A stretch of 64,000 nucleotides of DNA, taken from assembly GCA_963713865.1 (NCBI GenBank), contig OY970208.1, positions 2,592,001 to 2,656,000 on the forward strand. The letters run 5' to 3'. The DNA comes from an uncultured candidate division Zixibacteria bacterium (GTDB lineage: Bacteria > Zixibacteria > MSB-5A5 > RBG-16-43-9). Under the pieces are notes generated by a model. The model saw nothing but the letters and a program-made list of their open reading frames with translations. It was not told where the DNA came from and searched no databases. This document shows, one piece after another, positions 1 through 9,610 of this stretch. How positions within the stretch are numbered: position 1 is the stretch's first letter; each line of letters starts with the position of its first letter. Both the position numbers and the translations under genes were made by a program.

Positions 1-537
1 ATTCATCCCCAATTCTAAAACCAAGACTTCAATCTCCTGGGTAAGTTTTAGTAAAGTCAAGGGTACTCCTATCTGGTTATTAAAGCTTTTCTCTGAGCGC
101 AAAACTTTATACTTTCTGGAGAGAATCTCTGCTATCATCTCCTTGGTAGTGGTCTTTCCATTCGTTCCGGCTATCCCCACAACTTTGAGCTTGAACTTAT
201 CTTTATACCATTTAGCTATGTCCTGCAGGGCAGTTCTGGTATCTTCAACCAGGACTGCCCTTTTCTCTGAGGTGGAAGAGAAGAGATGTTTTTCTTTCTC
301 TGAGAGTTTCTTTTCTTCCAGGATAACACAGGTCGCACCTTTATCCAGAGCATCTTTAACAAAGTGATGACCATCAAACCTCTCCCCTTTGATGGCAATA
401 AAAAGATTCTTAGGCTCCACCTTCCTGGAATCTATAGAGACTCCCTTTATCTTAAAATCTTCTAAGGGTTTTTCAGGAAAAGGCTTACCTTTAACTATAT
501 CTATAAGCTCATTATACTTTAGCTCTATCATAGACAT
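1..537 (-). CDS. murF: UDP-N-acetylmuramoyl-tripeptide--D-Ala-D-Ala ligase, 5' part (runs off the window)
   Basis: Not in the ORF track. Manual translation gives MSMIELKYNELIDIVKGK...GVSIDSRKV...LFIAIKGERFDGHHFV...VVGIAGTNGKTTTKEMI; overlaps the murE end. Start is 537 or 531. Confidence 0.9.
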   Translation of the reverse strand, partial: MSMIELKYNELIDIVKGKPFPEKPLEDFKIKGVSIDSRKVEPKNLFIAIKGERFDGHHFVKDALDKGATCVILEEKKLSEKEKHLFSSTSEKRAVLVEDTRTALQDIAKWYKDKFKLKVVGIAGTNGKTTTKEMIAEILSRKYKVLRSEKSFNNQIGVPLTLLKLTQEIEVLVLELGMN

Positions 538-1993
538 ATCCCAATCTTTTTAACTCTTCTTCAACAATCTCTCTTTCACTAAAATGGAGTTTCTCCTTGC
601 CTATAACCTGAGAAGTTTCATGTCCCTTACCAGCCAGTACTACCGTATCATCTTTTTTTGCCATTTTCAAAGCTGAAATTATCCCTTCTTTTCTATCCAG
701 GATTACCTCTACCTTAGACCTATCAATAACACCATTTAAGATCTCCTGTATAATATTCTCCGGGTTTTCACTTCTCGGATTATCAGTAGTAAGAATTAGG
801 TGATCTGAGAACTGGCTGGCAATTCTCCCCATAGGTTCCCTTTTGGTACTATCCCGGTCCCCACCACATCCAAACACAAAGATTATCTTGCCCTTAGTCA
901 TCTTTTTCACTGTCTGCAGTAAATTCTCAAAAGCAAACGGAGTATGAGCATAATCGATTATCACCTTGAAACCCTGACCCAAATCCACCTGCTCTAATCT
1001 TCCTTTGACCCCGGAGAAATTCTCTAAACCTTTTTTTATCTTTTCCAGACTTGTTCCGGTGACAAAAGCAGAGGCAGTCGAAGCTAAAGCATTATAAATG
1101 TTTACTTCACCTAATACTTTTAGATCTATTTCTAAGTGTCCGGACGGGGTAGAAATGTCCAGCTTATAACCTGAATTGTATGGTAAAAAATTTTTCAAAT
1201 AGAAATCAGCATTCTTATTTTTAAATGAATAAGTTACTCTCTGTGCTTTAGTTATCCGGTAAAAATATTCCCACTCCGGGTCATCAATATTTATAATGGC
1301 ATAAGCATCATCTTTCAAGCTCTGGAATAGAATCCCTTTAGCTTCTTTATATGATTTCATATTTTTATGAAAATCTAAATGCTCCGGGTTTAAGTTAGTA
1401 AGGACAGCCACATCGAAATCTACCATTTTAACCCGACCTAAGACTAAGGAATGGGAAGAAACCTCCATAGCCACGGAGCTGACCTTTTTTTTAAGCATCT
1501 CTGAGAGCATCCTCTGCAGGTCAAGTGATTCCGGAGTGGTATTCAGGGCTTGTACCCTTTTTTCTCCTATGAAATGAGCTATGGTCCCGATTAAACCTGT
1601 TTTTTCTCCGGAATTTTCCCAGATAGATTTCAACATATAGGTGATGGTGGTCTTACCATTTGTTCCGGTAATGCCAATAACTTTCATTTTATAAGAAGGG
1701 TTATCATAGTATACAGCAGAAAGGTAAGCTAAGGCCTCTCTTGCATTTTTTACGATAACCTGGGCTTTTAAAGGATAGTTCCCTTTTCTCTCTAAGACAC
1801 AGGCAATTGCTCCTTTCTTGATGGCTGAATTTATGAATTTATGTCCATCTTGTTCAAAACCAGCGATAGCGAAAAACAGGTCATTTATTTCAACTTTTCT
1901 GGAATCATATTCTAATTTATTTATATTGTATCCTGTATCACCTATAATCTCCTTCTGCGGCAGGGTATCTATAAGAATCTTTAACTTAATCAT
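512..1993 (-). CDS. murE: UDP-N-acetylmuramoyl-L-alanyl-D-glutamate--2,6-diaminopimelate ligase
   Basis: GITGTNGKTT P-loop, MEVSSH, DYAHTP, the DNPR meso-DAP motif and AGKGHE; dcw context. Confidence 0.97.
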   Translation of the reverse strand: MIKLKILIDTLPQKEIIGDTGYNINKLEYDSRKVEINDLFFAIAGFEQDGHKFINSAIKKGAIACVLERKGNYPLKAQVIVKNAREALAYLSAVYYDNPSYKMKVIGITGTNGKTTITYMLKSIWENSGEKTGLIGTIAHFIGEKRVQALNTTPESLDLQRMLSEMLKKKVSSVAMEVSSHSLVLGRVKMVDFDVAVLTNLNPEHLDFHKNMKSYKEAKGILFQSLKDDAYAIINIDDPEWEYFYRITKAQRVTYSFKNKNADFYLKNFLPYNSGYKLDISTPSGHLEIDLKVLGEVNIYNALASTASAFVTGTSLEKIKKGLENFSGVKGRLEQVDLGQGFKVIIDYAHTPFAFENLLQTVKKMTKGKIIFVFGCGGDRDSTKREPMGRIASQFSDHLILTTDNPRSENPENIIQEILNGVIDRSKVEVILDRKEGIISALKMAKKDDTVVLAGKGHETSQVIGKEKLHFSEREIVEEELKRLGYVYDRAKV

Positions 1994-4058
1994 CTATTTT
2001 GCACTCCAGAAAACAATTTTCTCCTTGCACAAGTTTAGTTCCTGGTAAGGGTATCTGTTTTTTAACCTTCCCACTCCCTTCGATTTTAAAGGGGATGGAA
2101 TGAGCGCCAAGTAACTTTACTGCTTCCCTGACAGTAAATCCTGTTACTTTTGGCATAATATTTATAGAACCATTCGTTTTGTTACATTCCGCAAGATTAA
2201 GCTCCGAATCTTGACCCGTAGGCGTTGCCTTTTTAATATATGGAGGAACCTCTGACATAGTTCTATTTAGATTTTTATCCCTGTTTATGTTATCTATAGG
2301 CTTTTGTTTGGAAACAACTGCATAAGAGAACTCTGCTCCTGAGGGTTCATCATTAGATTTTCCTCTCTCACTTTCAAAAACTATATTCTGACCTGGTATA
2401 ATTTTCTCGGTAATCCTTTTAAAGGCTGGCGCCGCGGTTTGACCCCCATAATGCAGACCTTTTGGAGAATCTAAAATTATAAGTCCGACAATCTGGGGAT
2501 TTTCTGCTGGAAAGAACCCAACAAATGAAGCTATATATTTATCTTTTTCATATCCCCTTGCACCAACTCTCGGCTTTTCAGCTGTGCCAGTCTTACCAGC
2601 TATATCAACTCCTTCGATCTGGACTGTACTTGCTGTCCCCTCATTGACCACTCCCCTTAGGAAGTCTGTTAGAAGATATGATGTTTTAGGCTCTAACGCT
2701 TTTCTTATAACCTTAGGTTGAAACTCCTGAACTACTTTCCCCTCCTCATTCAGAATTGCCTTAACCACATAAGGCTTAAGAAGATACCCACCATTAGCAA
2801 TAGCAGAGTAAGCTCTTATAAGTTGAAGTGGAGTAATGGAGAACCCCTGCCCTATGGCAAAAGTTGCCAGGGTAATATTAGACCATTTTCCAGGAGCAGG
2901 TAAAATTCCCTGCGCTTCTCCAGGCAGGTCTATCCCGGTCTTCTCACCAAATCCTAATCTCTTAGCATAGTCAAAAAGTGATTCTTCTCCAACCTCCATT
3001 GCTACCTTTGTCATCCCGATGTTACTGGAGAAGACCACGCACTCTTTAAAGGTAAGCCATCCATATTCATGAATATCATGGATAAACCTTTTCCCGATCT
3101 TAAATTTTCCCATCTCTGCAAAGATGCGGTCTTCAGGTTTTTTTATCCCTTTTTCCAGTGCGGCTGCGGCTGTAACTATTTTAAAAGTTGAGCCAGGCTC
3201 AAAATTATCACAGACCACCTTATTTTTGACCCTCAGCTCATTGTATTTACCTTGAGAATTCTCTCTTGAAACATAAGCCATAGCTAAAATCTCCCCGGTA
3301 TTTGGATTCATAAGGATACTTGAGCCTGCTTCCGATTTGGTAAGATCAACTGAATTCTTCAGTTCCTCTTCTAATTTTGCCTGAAGATCTAAATCGATAG
3401 TTAACACCAGGCTTTTTCCGCTCTGCGGATATACCAGTGGATAATTTTTTATCTGATAGGAGTTCCCCCAGCCATCTTTTTGAAAAAGTCCCTCCCCATC
3501 TTTACCCTTAAGGAGCTGGTCATATTGATATTCTATGCCAGCTAACCCTTTATTGTCTATATCCACAAAACCTATAAGGTCCGAAGTTAAAGGAAAACAG
3601 GGATAACTTCTTTTGGTCTCCTCCTGGATATATACACCTTTTAAATTCCAGCTTTTTATCTTTAAAGCCTCCTTCTCCTCACATTTTCTCTCAAGCCATA
3701 CAAATTTCTTTCCTTCCTGGTTAAAAGAGCTTCTTAATTGCTCATAAGTTTTGCCAGTTGAATTAGAGAATTTTCCTGCTACCAGATTCTTGTTGGAGAT
3801 ACTATCCGGCACCGCAAAAAACGACTCAGCTGGAAGATTAAAGGCTAAAAGCTTTAAATTCCGGTCATAGATCACCCCCCGTTTTGCCTCTAATTTTAAT
3901 CTGGCCTCCTGCTGCCTGGTGGCGATCTTTTGGATCTGGTTACTTCTGAGCACCTGAAAATAAAAAAGACGCAGGAATATCACCAGCGTAAATAAAATAG
4001 TAAGAAGAAAAAGGATTGTGCTTCTTCTTTTAAGTTCTATCTTCTTCTTAGAGGTCAT
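1986..4058 (-). CDS. ftsI: Penicillin-binding protein 3 / division transpeptidase with C-terminal PASTA domain
   Basis: N-terminal TM, RGVIYDRN, EPGSTFK (SxxK), SSN, KTGTA; dcw order. Confidence 0.93.
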   Translation of the reverse strand: MTSKKKIELKRRSTILFLLTILFTLVIFLRLFYFQVLRSNQIQKIATRQQEARLKLEAKRGVIYDRNLKLLAFNLPAESFFAVPDSISNKNLVAGKFSNSTGKTYEQLRSSFNQEGKKFVWLERKCEEKEALKIKSWNLKGVYIQEETKRSYPCFPLTSDLIGFVDIDNKGLAGIEYQYDQLLKGKDGEGLFQKDGWGNSYQIKNYPLVYPQSGKSLVLTIDLDLQAKLEEELKNSVDLTKSEAGSSILMNPNTGEILAMAYVSRENSQGKYNELRVKNKVVCDNFEPGSTFKIVTAAAALEKGIKKPEDRIFAEMGKFKIGKRFIHDIHEYGWLTFKECVVFSSNIGMTKVAMEVGEESLFDYAKRLGFGEKTGIDLPGEAQGILPAPGKWSNITLATFAIGQGFSITPLQLIRAYSAIANGGYLLKPYVVKAILNEEGKVVQEFQPKVIRKALEPKTSYLLTDFLRGVVNEGTASTVQIEGVDIAGKTGTAEKPRVGARGYEKDKYIASFVGFFPAENPQIVGLIILDSPKGLHYGGQTAAPAFKRITEKIIPGQNIVFESERGKSNDEPSGAEFSYAVVSKQKPIDNINRDKNLNRTMSEVPPYIKKATPTGQDSELNLAECNKTNGSINIMPKVTGFTVREAVKLLGAHSIPFKIEGSGKVKKQIPLPGTKLVQGENCFLECKIDD

Positions 4059-4488
4059 GTTTTATCTCTTTAGCCTGTACCCCCTTCTCTCCGAAAGGGT
4101 ACAGTTTTCCACCTAAGTTTTTGAGCTTAACCCAGATATTACCCGGCAGAGATGATTGTTTAATCTGTTTTTCATCTACCAGGACGATTTGTTCTCTCGG
4201 AGGGTGGATAAGTCCAAACTCATTCTGAGCGATCTTCTCAATCCTTTCAAAGGAGCTAAGCTCTGTTATTTCTAAGTTCAGATATTTATATTTTTTCTCT
4301 TCTTGAGCTAAAAGTATTTTTTGCTTTTCAATCTCCCTTAGAAGCTTTATAACCATAACCCTCTGCCAGACATAAAGGGTAGAGAAACCTATCAGAAGTA
4401 AAAGGATTAGAAAAAAGATTTTATTAGGATATTTTCTAATTCGTTTCTTATAGGTCCTGGGACGAAAAAAGAAATTAAGTTCTGACAA
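4048..4488 (-). CDS. ftsL: Cell division protein FtsL
   Basis: TM plus coiled coil, LSSFERIEKIA..FGL motif; lies between rsmH and ftsI. Confidence 0.8.
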   Translation of the reverse strand: MSELNFFFRPRTYKKRIRKYPNKIFFLILLLLIGFSTLYVWQRVMVIKLLREIEKQKILLAQEEKKYKYLNLEITELSSFERIEKIAQNEFGLIHPPREQIVLVDEKQIKQSSLPGNIWVKLKNLGGKLYPFGEKGVQAKEIKHDL

Positions 4489-4517
4489 AAGTCTCCTTTA
4501 TTCCCGACTGAGATGGA

Positions 4518-5465
4518 CTAAGCTATTTTTTCAGCCGCTCTGAACTTGGCACTTCTTGCTCGCGGGTTTTCTCTTATCTCCTCTTTTTCCGGGATAACCG
4601 GTTTACGTGTCAAAACTTGCAGAGTTTTCTTCCCTCCGCAGACACAGACTGGAAAATCAGGCGGACAGCTACATCCTTTTGAAAGCTCATAGAATTTATT
4701 TTTAACCAGCCTGTCCTCTAAAGAATGATAGGAGATCACACAGATCCTGCCACTTGAGCACAGGGCTTCAATTCCACTTTCTAAACCCTTTTTCAATTCA
4801 GAAAGCTCCTGGTTGACTTCAATTCTCAGAGCTTGAAAAATTCGGGAAAGGGTTTTAAGATCATATCTTGTTTTTAAGATACTCCTCACTATATCTTTTA
4901 TTGTCTGAGTAGTTTCAATCCTTTTTACCCTTCTATTCTGCACAATCGCTTGAGCTATCCTTCTGGAAAATCTTTCCTCCCCGTATTCTTTAAAGATCTG
5001 GCTCAGTTTTTCAACCGGATATTCGTTCACCACTTCTTCTGCTTTTTTACTTTCGTTCTGGTCAAATCTCATATCCAATGGACCCTTTGAAGAATAGCTA
5101 AAACCCCTTTCCGGATCATCTAATTGATAGGAGGAAAGTCCTAAATCGAAAAGGATCCCATCAATTTTTTCCAGATTTAAACTTTTTAATAGCTCAGGGA
5201 TTTGACTGTAGCTTTGCTGGAAAAACCTTACTTTCTTTCCAAACCTCCCAAGCCTTTCCTTGGATATCTTTAAGGATTCCTCATCCTTATCTATCCCTAA
5301 GAGCTGTCCTCCCTCGTTCAGCTCTTCTAAAATCCCTTCTGAATGACCTCCACACCCTATAGTTGCATCTATATATATTCCAGACTTATTGGTGATTAGA
5401 TATTCTATCGCCTTCTCTTTGAGAACCGGTTTATGGTAAGTCGTTCCAGTTTTCGTTTTCTTCAA
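4518..5465 (-). CDS. rsmH: 16S rRNA m4C1402 methyltransferase
   Basis: HKPVL, DATIGCGGHS, DLGLSSYQLD, FQALRIEVN, ISYHSLEDR, NPRARSAKFR. Confidence 0.97.
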   Translation of the reverse strand: MKKTKTGTTYHKPVLKEKAIEYLITNKSGIYIDATIGCGGHSEGILEELNEGGQLLGIDKDEESLKISKERLGRFGKKVRFFQQSYSQIPELLKSLNLEKIDGILFDLGLSSYQLDDPERGFSYSSKGPLDMRFDQNESKKAEEVVNEYPVEKLSQIFKEYGEERFSRRIAQAIVQNRRVKRIETTQTIKDIVRSILKTRYDLKTLSRIFQALRIEVNQELSELKKGLESGIEALCSSGRICVISYHSLEDRLVKNKFYELSKGCSCPPDFPVCVCGGKKTLQVLTRKPVIPEKEEIRENPRARSAKFRAAEKIA

Positions 5466-5892
5466 ATATCTCCTCTATAGTCTTCTTACCCTCACCACCC
5501 ATTACGTACTTCTGGAAGTTATCCGGATTCCAGAGCTCGATCCGGTCTGGTAGTTTAATTATATGAACATCTTTTTCTATCTTGGCATAATCTAAATGTT
5601 CCTGGGGAATTGCCATCCTGCCCTGCTTGTCTAATTGTGTTTCGCTGGCATTAGAGAAAATAATCCTTAGTAAACGCCTGACATCACCTTTGTTAGAATG
5701 TAGTTTTCTAACCTTATCTATAAACCTTTCCCATTCATCCATGGAATAAACCGCAAGACAGCCTTCCAAGCCAATTGTAATCATATAGGTATCGTTCAGA
5801 GCTGAACTATTTGTTTTTCTGAATTTGGCTGGAAGACTTACTCTACCCTTGTGGTCAACTGAGTATTTGTAAGAACTTTTGGTGAAGGGCAT
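5431..5892 (-). CDS. mraZ: Transcriptional regulator MraZ
   Basis: Two DxKGR/DKQGR SpoVT-AbrB repeats, IELW; first gene of the dcw cluster. Confidence 0.95.
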   Translation of the reverse strand: MPFTKSSYKYSVDHKGRVSLPAKFRKTNSSALNDTYMITIGLEGCLAVYSMDEWERFIDKVRKLHSNKGDVRRLLRIIFSNASETQLDKQGRMAIPQEHLDYAKIEKDVHIIKLPDRIELWNPDNFQKYVMGGEGKKTIEEIFEENENWNDLP

Positions 5893-5918
5893 TTTTAGTT
5901 AATTTTTAGGTTTTTTTG

Positions 5919-5942
5919 CCACCATATACCACGGCTTGCCAC
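5919..5942 (-). promoter_or_regulatory. MraZ operator (three GTGG boxes at 10-bp period)
   Basis: CCAC at 5919, 5929 and 5939 on + (GTGG on -), between a TTGACA (5967-5972, -) and the mraZ start; matches the known MraZ binding-site architecture. Confidence 0.8.
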
Positions 5943-6218
5943 CAATATTATCTTTCCTATGTTTTTTGTCAAGTAAAAAATTAAAAATTTTAAAATTTTT
6001 TTAAAAATCTGTAAGTATAGGAAAATCACCACTATTTATGGAGTTATTCCCTTAATATCTTGATTCAAATTTTCAACTTAAAAGTCTTTTAAATTTAAGT
6101 TCTTCTCTTAAAACAGAATAGACGAATCATTGAATTATCTACTTTCATATTATTCTGGCAAACCTTTTGCCATAATGTTATTGATTACTTAGAAATTCTC
6201 TAATGAGGGGGAGACTAA

Positions 6219-8645
6219 TTGATCAATAAGTTTTTATTAAGCTGTATATTTATATTAATCTTACCTTCATTTTCCTTTTCCCAATTAGTCTATCAGGTAA
6301 ATTTCTCTGAGGAAGAGCTTAATTTTCAAAAAAAAGAGAGTTTCGATTACATTCAGCTAAAAAATGGTGAAAATCTGGAAATAGAAGGGAAACCCCAACT
6401 ACCTTTAAGGATATTTAACTTCTTAATCCCCGAATATAAAGATATTGATACTATAATTTGTGAGGCAGAGAGCCAACAACTTCAAGGTAAGTTTTTAATT
6501 TATCCTGCTCAAAAGAAAGAAAAAACTGACGGAGCTCTTTTAGAGGATACTTTTGTTTTAGATAGTATAATTTACTTTTCTGAAAAACCTTATCCGGAAG
6601 AACCAGTTGAGATTATAAATAAAGGTATTTTAGATGGAAATTATATCTTAACCCTGGCTATTTATCCTTTAAAATATCTCCCTGAATCTCAGAACCTTAT
6701 TTTCCACAAGAGCTTAAAGCTGAAGATTATTTTGAAAGACAGTATTTTACCCTGCAATAAACCTATCTCAGAAAAAAAGACAATCTATAATAAGAGTTTT
6801 CTTTCAGATATTCTGTTTAATTCTGAGGAGCTTATCTCATACCCATCTTTTCGTGAATACTCCAGTCAGATTTCAGAACAACCAATTTACCTATTAATTA
6901 CTTCAGAAGGACTGAAAAGCTCGTTTTACCCTCTTATTGAATGGAAGACTCAAAAGGGATTAAGAGCATCTTTGATTACTTTGGACAGCATAGAAAACTA
7001 CTATAGTGGTGTAGACACCCAGGAAAAAATAAGGAATTTTCTAATCCAGACTTATCCACAAGGTCTTTTGTGGGTTCTTTTGGGTGGAGATGGAGAAATT
7101 ATCCCCTTTAGATATGCCTATCATGCTAACAGCTCTTCCTCTATACCAGTAACCAGCTTACAGATCTGTGACCTTTATTATGCAGATTTAGATGGTGAAT
7201 GGGACAAAGATCAAGACGGGATTTACGGCGAGCCAGCTGATGATTCTCCTGACCTCTACCCTGAGCTTTTTGTGGGCAGAGCACCCGTAAAAACCAGAGA
7301 AGAAGCAGAAACTTTTGTCCAGAAAATTATTAATTACGAGAAAAACCCTGGCTCAGGCGATTTTTTATATCTCAAAAAAGCTATATGGATAAGCTCTGAC
7401 CAGATGAGGGATTGGGATTCAGTTGGCCAGCATACTTTAGTTTCACAGAAAGTTGACCAGAGCTTTAATCAGGACCTGTGGAGCTTGGTGGAAGCACCTT
7501 CAGGAGATGCTGAAAACCCTACTAATCCATCAGGGTCAAAATGTATAGAGACTTTGAATCAGGGCTGGGGAATAATCGGTGTATTTGCCCATGGAAAATC
7601 CAATGGCTTTATAGCCAGTTCCAATCTTATAAATCAGTGGCCTAAATCCTATGTTCTGTCAGATTCCGGAACAGAAGATGGTAATGGTCATCTGAATTAC
7701 TTGAATAATCCCAATAAATTAGGAATATTATATTCTATCTCCTGCAACCAGACCGCCTTAGATGTGGAAACTGAACCCTCTTTGGGTACTCCGCCCTGCA
7801 TCGGAAAAAGCTTTTTAGTAGGAAAAGACAAAGGAACAGTTGCCTTTTTAGGATATTCTCGCTGGGGGTGGGTCTCAACTTCATATAAGTTAGCAGATGA
7901 ATTTATGAAAAACCTTTTCAAACCTGAATATGAACATCACATTGGAATAGCAGAAGCTTTCTCAAAAACAGCCTATTCAATTTATAGGGACCTGAATTAC
8001 GGGCACAACCTCTTGGGTGACCCGGAAATGCAAATCTGGACTGATATACCTTGTTCGCTTGAAGTGAATTACCCTTCTGAAAAAATAATTGGCGATTCTA
8101 CCATTAATGTAGAAGTTGATGCCAATCAGATACCTCTATCTGATGCAAAAGTTACCCTCAGTTACAAAGACAGCCTTCTTTATACAGGTATGACCAATTC
8201 AGAAGGAAAACTAACCATCTCATTGGCTGGTTTAAGAGAAGGTGAAATTTATTTGACGGTAACCAAGCATAATTACTTACCTTTTGAATCGAAGCTGATG
8301 CTCAAAAGCTCATCCGATGTAAAAGATGACCAAGAGAGATTAAATCCAAACTACACCCTCGGACAGAATTACCCAAACCCTTTTAACCCTTCCACTACCA
8401 TACCCTTCACCGTTAGTGGTTCGCAGTTAATAGTTCATAGCCCCATCCACACTACCCTGATAATATTTAATATCTTGGGGCAGAAAGTAAAAACTCTGGT
8501 GGACGAAGAAAAAAATCCTGGAAATTATCAGGTTATCTGGGATGGAAAAGACAGAAATGGAAATGAAGTTTCTTCAGGGATATATTTTTATCAGTTTAAA
8601 ACTGGAGTTTATAAAGAAACAAAAAAGATGAGTCTGTTGAGATAG
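6219..8645 (+). CDS. Secreted peptidase C25 (gingipain/PorU-like) with propeptide and C-terminal T9SS-type A/FlgD-Ig sorting domain
   Basis: Signal peptide; VLLGGD, DLYYADLDG, FVGRAP; catalytic-type AHG and SISC; NLLGDP; CTD QNYPNPFNP...WDGKD...SGIYFY...KKM. Confidence 0.88.
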   Translation: MINKFLLSCIFILILPSFSFSQLVYQVNFSEEELNFQKKESFDYIQLKNGENLEIEGKPQLPLRIFNFLIPEYKDIDTIICEAESQQLQGKFLIYPAQKKEKTDGALLEDTFVLDSIIYFSEKPYPEEPVEIINKGILDGNYILTLAIYPLKYLPESQNLIFHKSLKLKIILKDSILPCNKPISEKKTIYNKSFLSDILFNSEELISYPSFREYSSQISEQPIYLLITSEGLKSSFYPLIEWKTQKGLRASLITLDSIENYYSGVDTQEKIRNFLIQTYPQGLLWVLLGGDGEIIPFRYAYHANSSSSIPVTSLQICDLYYADLDGEWDKDQDGIYGEPADDSPDLYPELFVGRAPVKTREEAETFVQKIINYEKNPGSGDFLYLKKAIWISSDQMRDWDSVGQHTLVSQKVDQSFNQDLWSLVEAPSGDAENPTNPSGSKCIETLNQGWGIIGVFAHGKSNGFIASSNLINQWPKSYVLSDSGTEDGNGHLNYLNNPNKLGILYSISCNQTALDVETEPSLGTPPCIGKSFLVGKDKGTVAFLGYSRWGWVSTSYKLADEFMKNLFKPEYEHHIGIAEAFSKTAYSIYRDLNYGHNLLGDPEMQIWTDIPCSLEVNYPSEKIIGDSTINVEVDANQIPLSDAKVTLSYKDSLLYTGMTNSEGKLTISLAGLREGEIYLTVTKHNYLPFESKLMLKSSSDVKDDQERLNPNYTLGQNYPNPFNPSTTIPFTVSGSQLIVHSPIHTTLIIFNILGQKVKTLVDEEKNPGNYQVIWDGKDRNGNEVSSGIYFYQFKTGVYKETKKMSLLR

Positions 8646-8654
8646 AGCAGACCA

Positions 8655-8820
8655 GGTAGCCGCAAGCTTTAGCTTGCGTTCAGTATTTAAAAAAACGCAG
8701 ACTAAAATCTGCGGCTACCAAAAATTGATCCTGCATTCAGATGGTCTCTGGAGAAACACGTAACCGAGCCTTTAAGGTTCGGTTACAGAGGTCTAATCCC
8801 GCCAAAGGCGGGACTTCTAC
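8655..8820. repeat. Cluster of REP-like palindromes (inverted GTAGCCGCA doublet 8655-8719, CCGAGCC-type hairpin, nested CCGCC hairpin)
   Basis: GGTAGCCGCAAGCTTTAGCTTGCGT...ACGCAGACTAAAATCTGCGGCTACC; related copy GTAGTCGCAGACTTTAGTCTGCGT at 19291-19314. Confidence 0.75.
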
Positions 8821-8861
8821 GCGAACAAACTCCAAACATCAAACTCCAAACTGTATATAAA

Positions 8862-8947
8862 TGCCGGAGGTCGGAATTGAACCGACACGAGGTTTAAGCC
8901 TCACCGGATTTTGAGTCCGGCGCGTCTGCCAGTTTCACCACTCCGGC
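8862..8947 (-). tRNA. tRNA-Leu(CAA)
   Basis: Reverse complement GCCGGAG TGGTGAAACTGGCAGAC...CCGGA CT CAA AA TCCGG, long variable arm, GGTTCAATTCC T-loop; CCA not encoded. Confidence 0.95.
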
Positions 8948-9214
8948 GGGTAAGGCAGTGATTAGCGAAGAGTGATTAGTGACTAATCTACACCACCCAG
9001 CCATCCAATCACAAAACGTAACCAAAAACAATATTATATAGAAGAATTACTTTTCCTTGTCAAGCTTTCTTTTCGTGTAGCATTGCATTTTAAAATGACA
9101 TAAGATTTTTCTTGACAAGTCCTGATAACTGACTATTTTTGTCATTGTTTAGATTTTCGACCTTTGAACTTTTGTCCGCCTTAGGCGGATTAAACCTTTG
9201 AGCCTTGAATTTCC

Positions 9215-9287
9215 GGGGCCGTAGTTCAGTTGGGAGAACGTTTGACTGGCAGTCAAAAGGTCACGGGTTCGACTCCCGTCGGCTCCA
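9215..9287 (+). tRNA. tRNA-Ala(GGC)
   Basis: GGGGCCG..TTTGA CT GGC AG TCAAA..GGTTCGACTCC..CGGCTCCA; G3:U70 identity pair; CCA not encoded. Confidence 0.96.
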
Positions 9288-9421
9288 TTTTTAAAGAATT
9301 GTTGACAAAATACTTTTAAATTAAAGGATTTTCAGTTTCACCCGATAACTCTTAAAGAACATCGGAGGACATTACCAAGAGCAAATTTAACGATGCTTAT
9401 ATAAGGAATATATTAAATTTT

Positions 9422-9490
9422 ATGGGGATAGCCGTTGAAGTAGCGTTTTCCCTAGCCCCCCTACGCTATTTCGACCTAAGCTGTCCCCAT
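9422..9490 (+). ncRNA. Candidate structured small RNA / extended terminator hairpin
   Basis: 11-bp outer and 12-bp inner stems with three G-U pairs valid only on +, a C-rich loop, then a T-run. Confidence 0.35.
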
Positions 9491-9510
9491 TTTTTATTTT
9501 ATCCAAAAAA

Positions 9511-9538
9511 GTAGAGACGCATTGCTATGCGTCTCTAC
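9511..9538. repeat. GTAG-type REP palindrome (GTAGAGACGCA family)
   Basis: GTAGAGACGCATTGCTATGCGTCTCTAC; relatives at 17797-17823, 27988-28015 and 41127-41150. Confidence 0.85.
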
Positions 9539-9610
9539 GTCTTCATACTGCTTGAAAAAGCGTCGGGTACAAAACCCGACATTACCTTTATCTATGATTT
9601 CACTTAAAAA

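Noticed and set aside
8360-8520. DGR template/variable repeat pair with 45560-45710
   Set aside because: Differences are not adenine-specific, both copies are coding, and there is no reverse transcriptase in the window.
8862-9300. Prophage or island integrated at the tRNAs
   Set aside because: No integrase, and I found no duplicated tRNA 3' end in the window.
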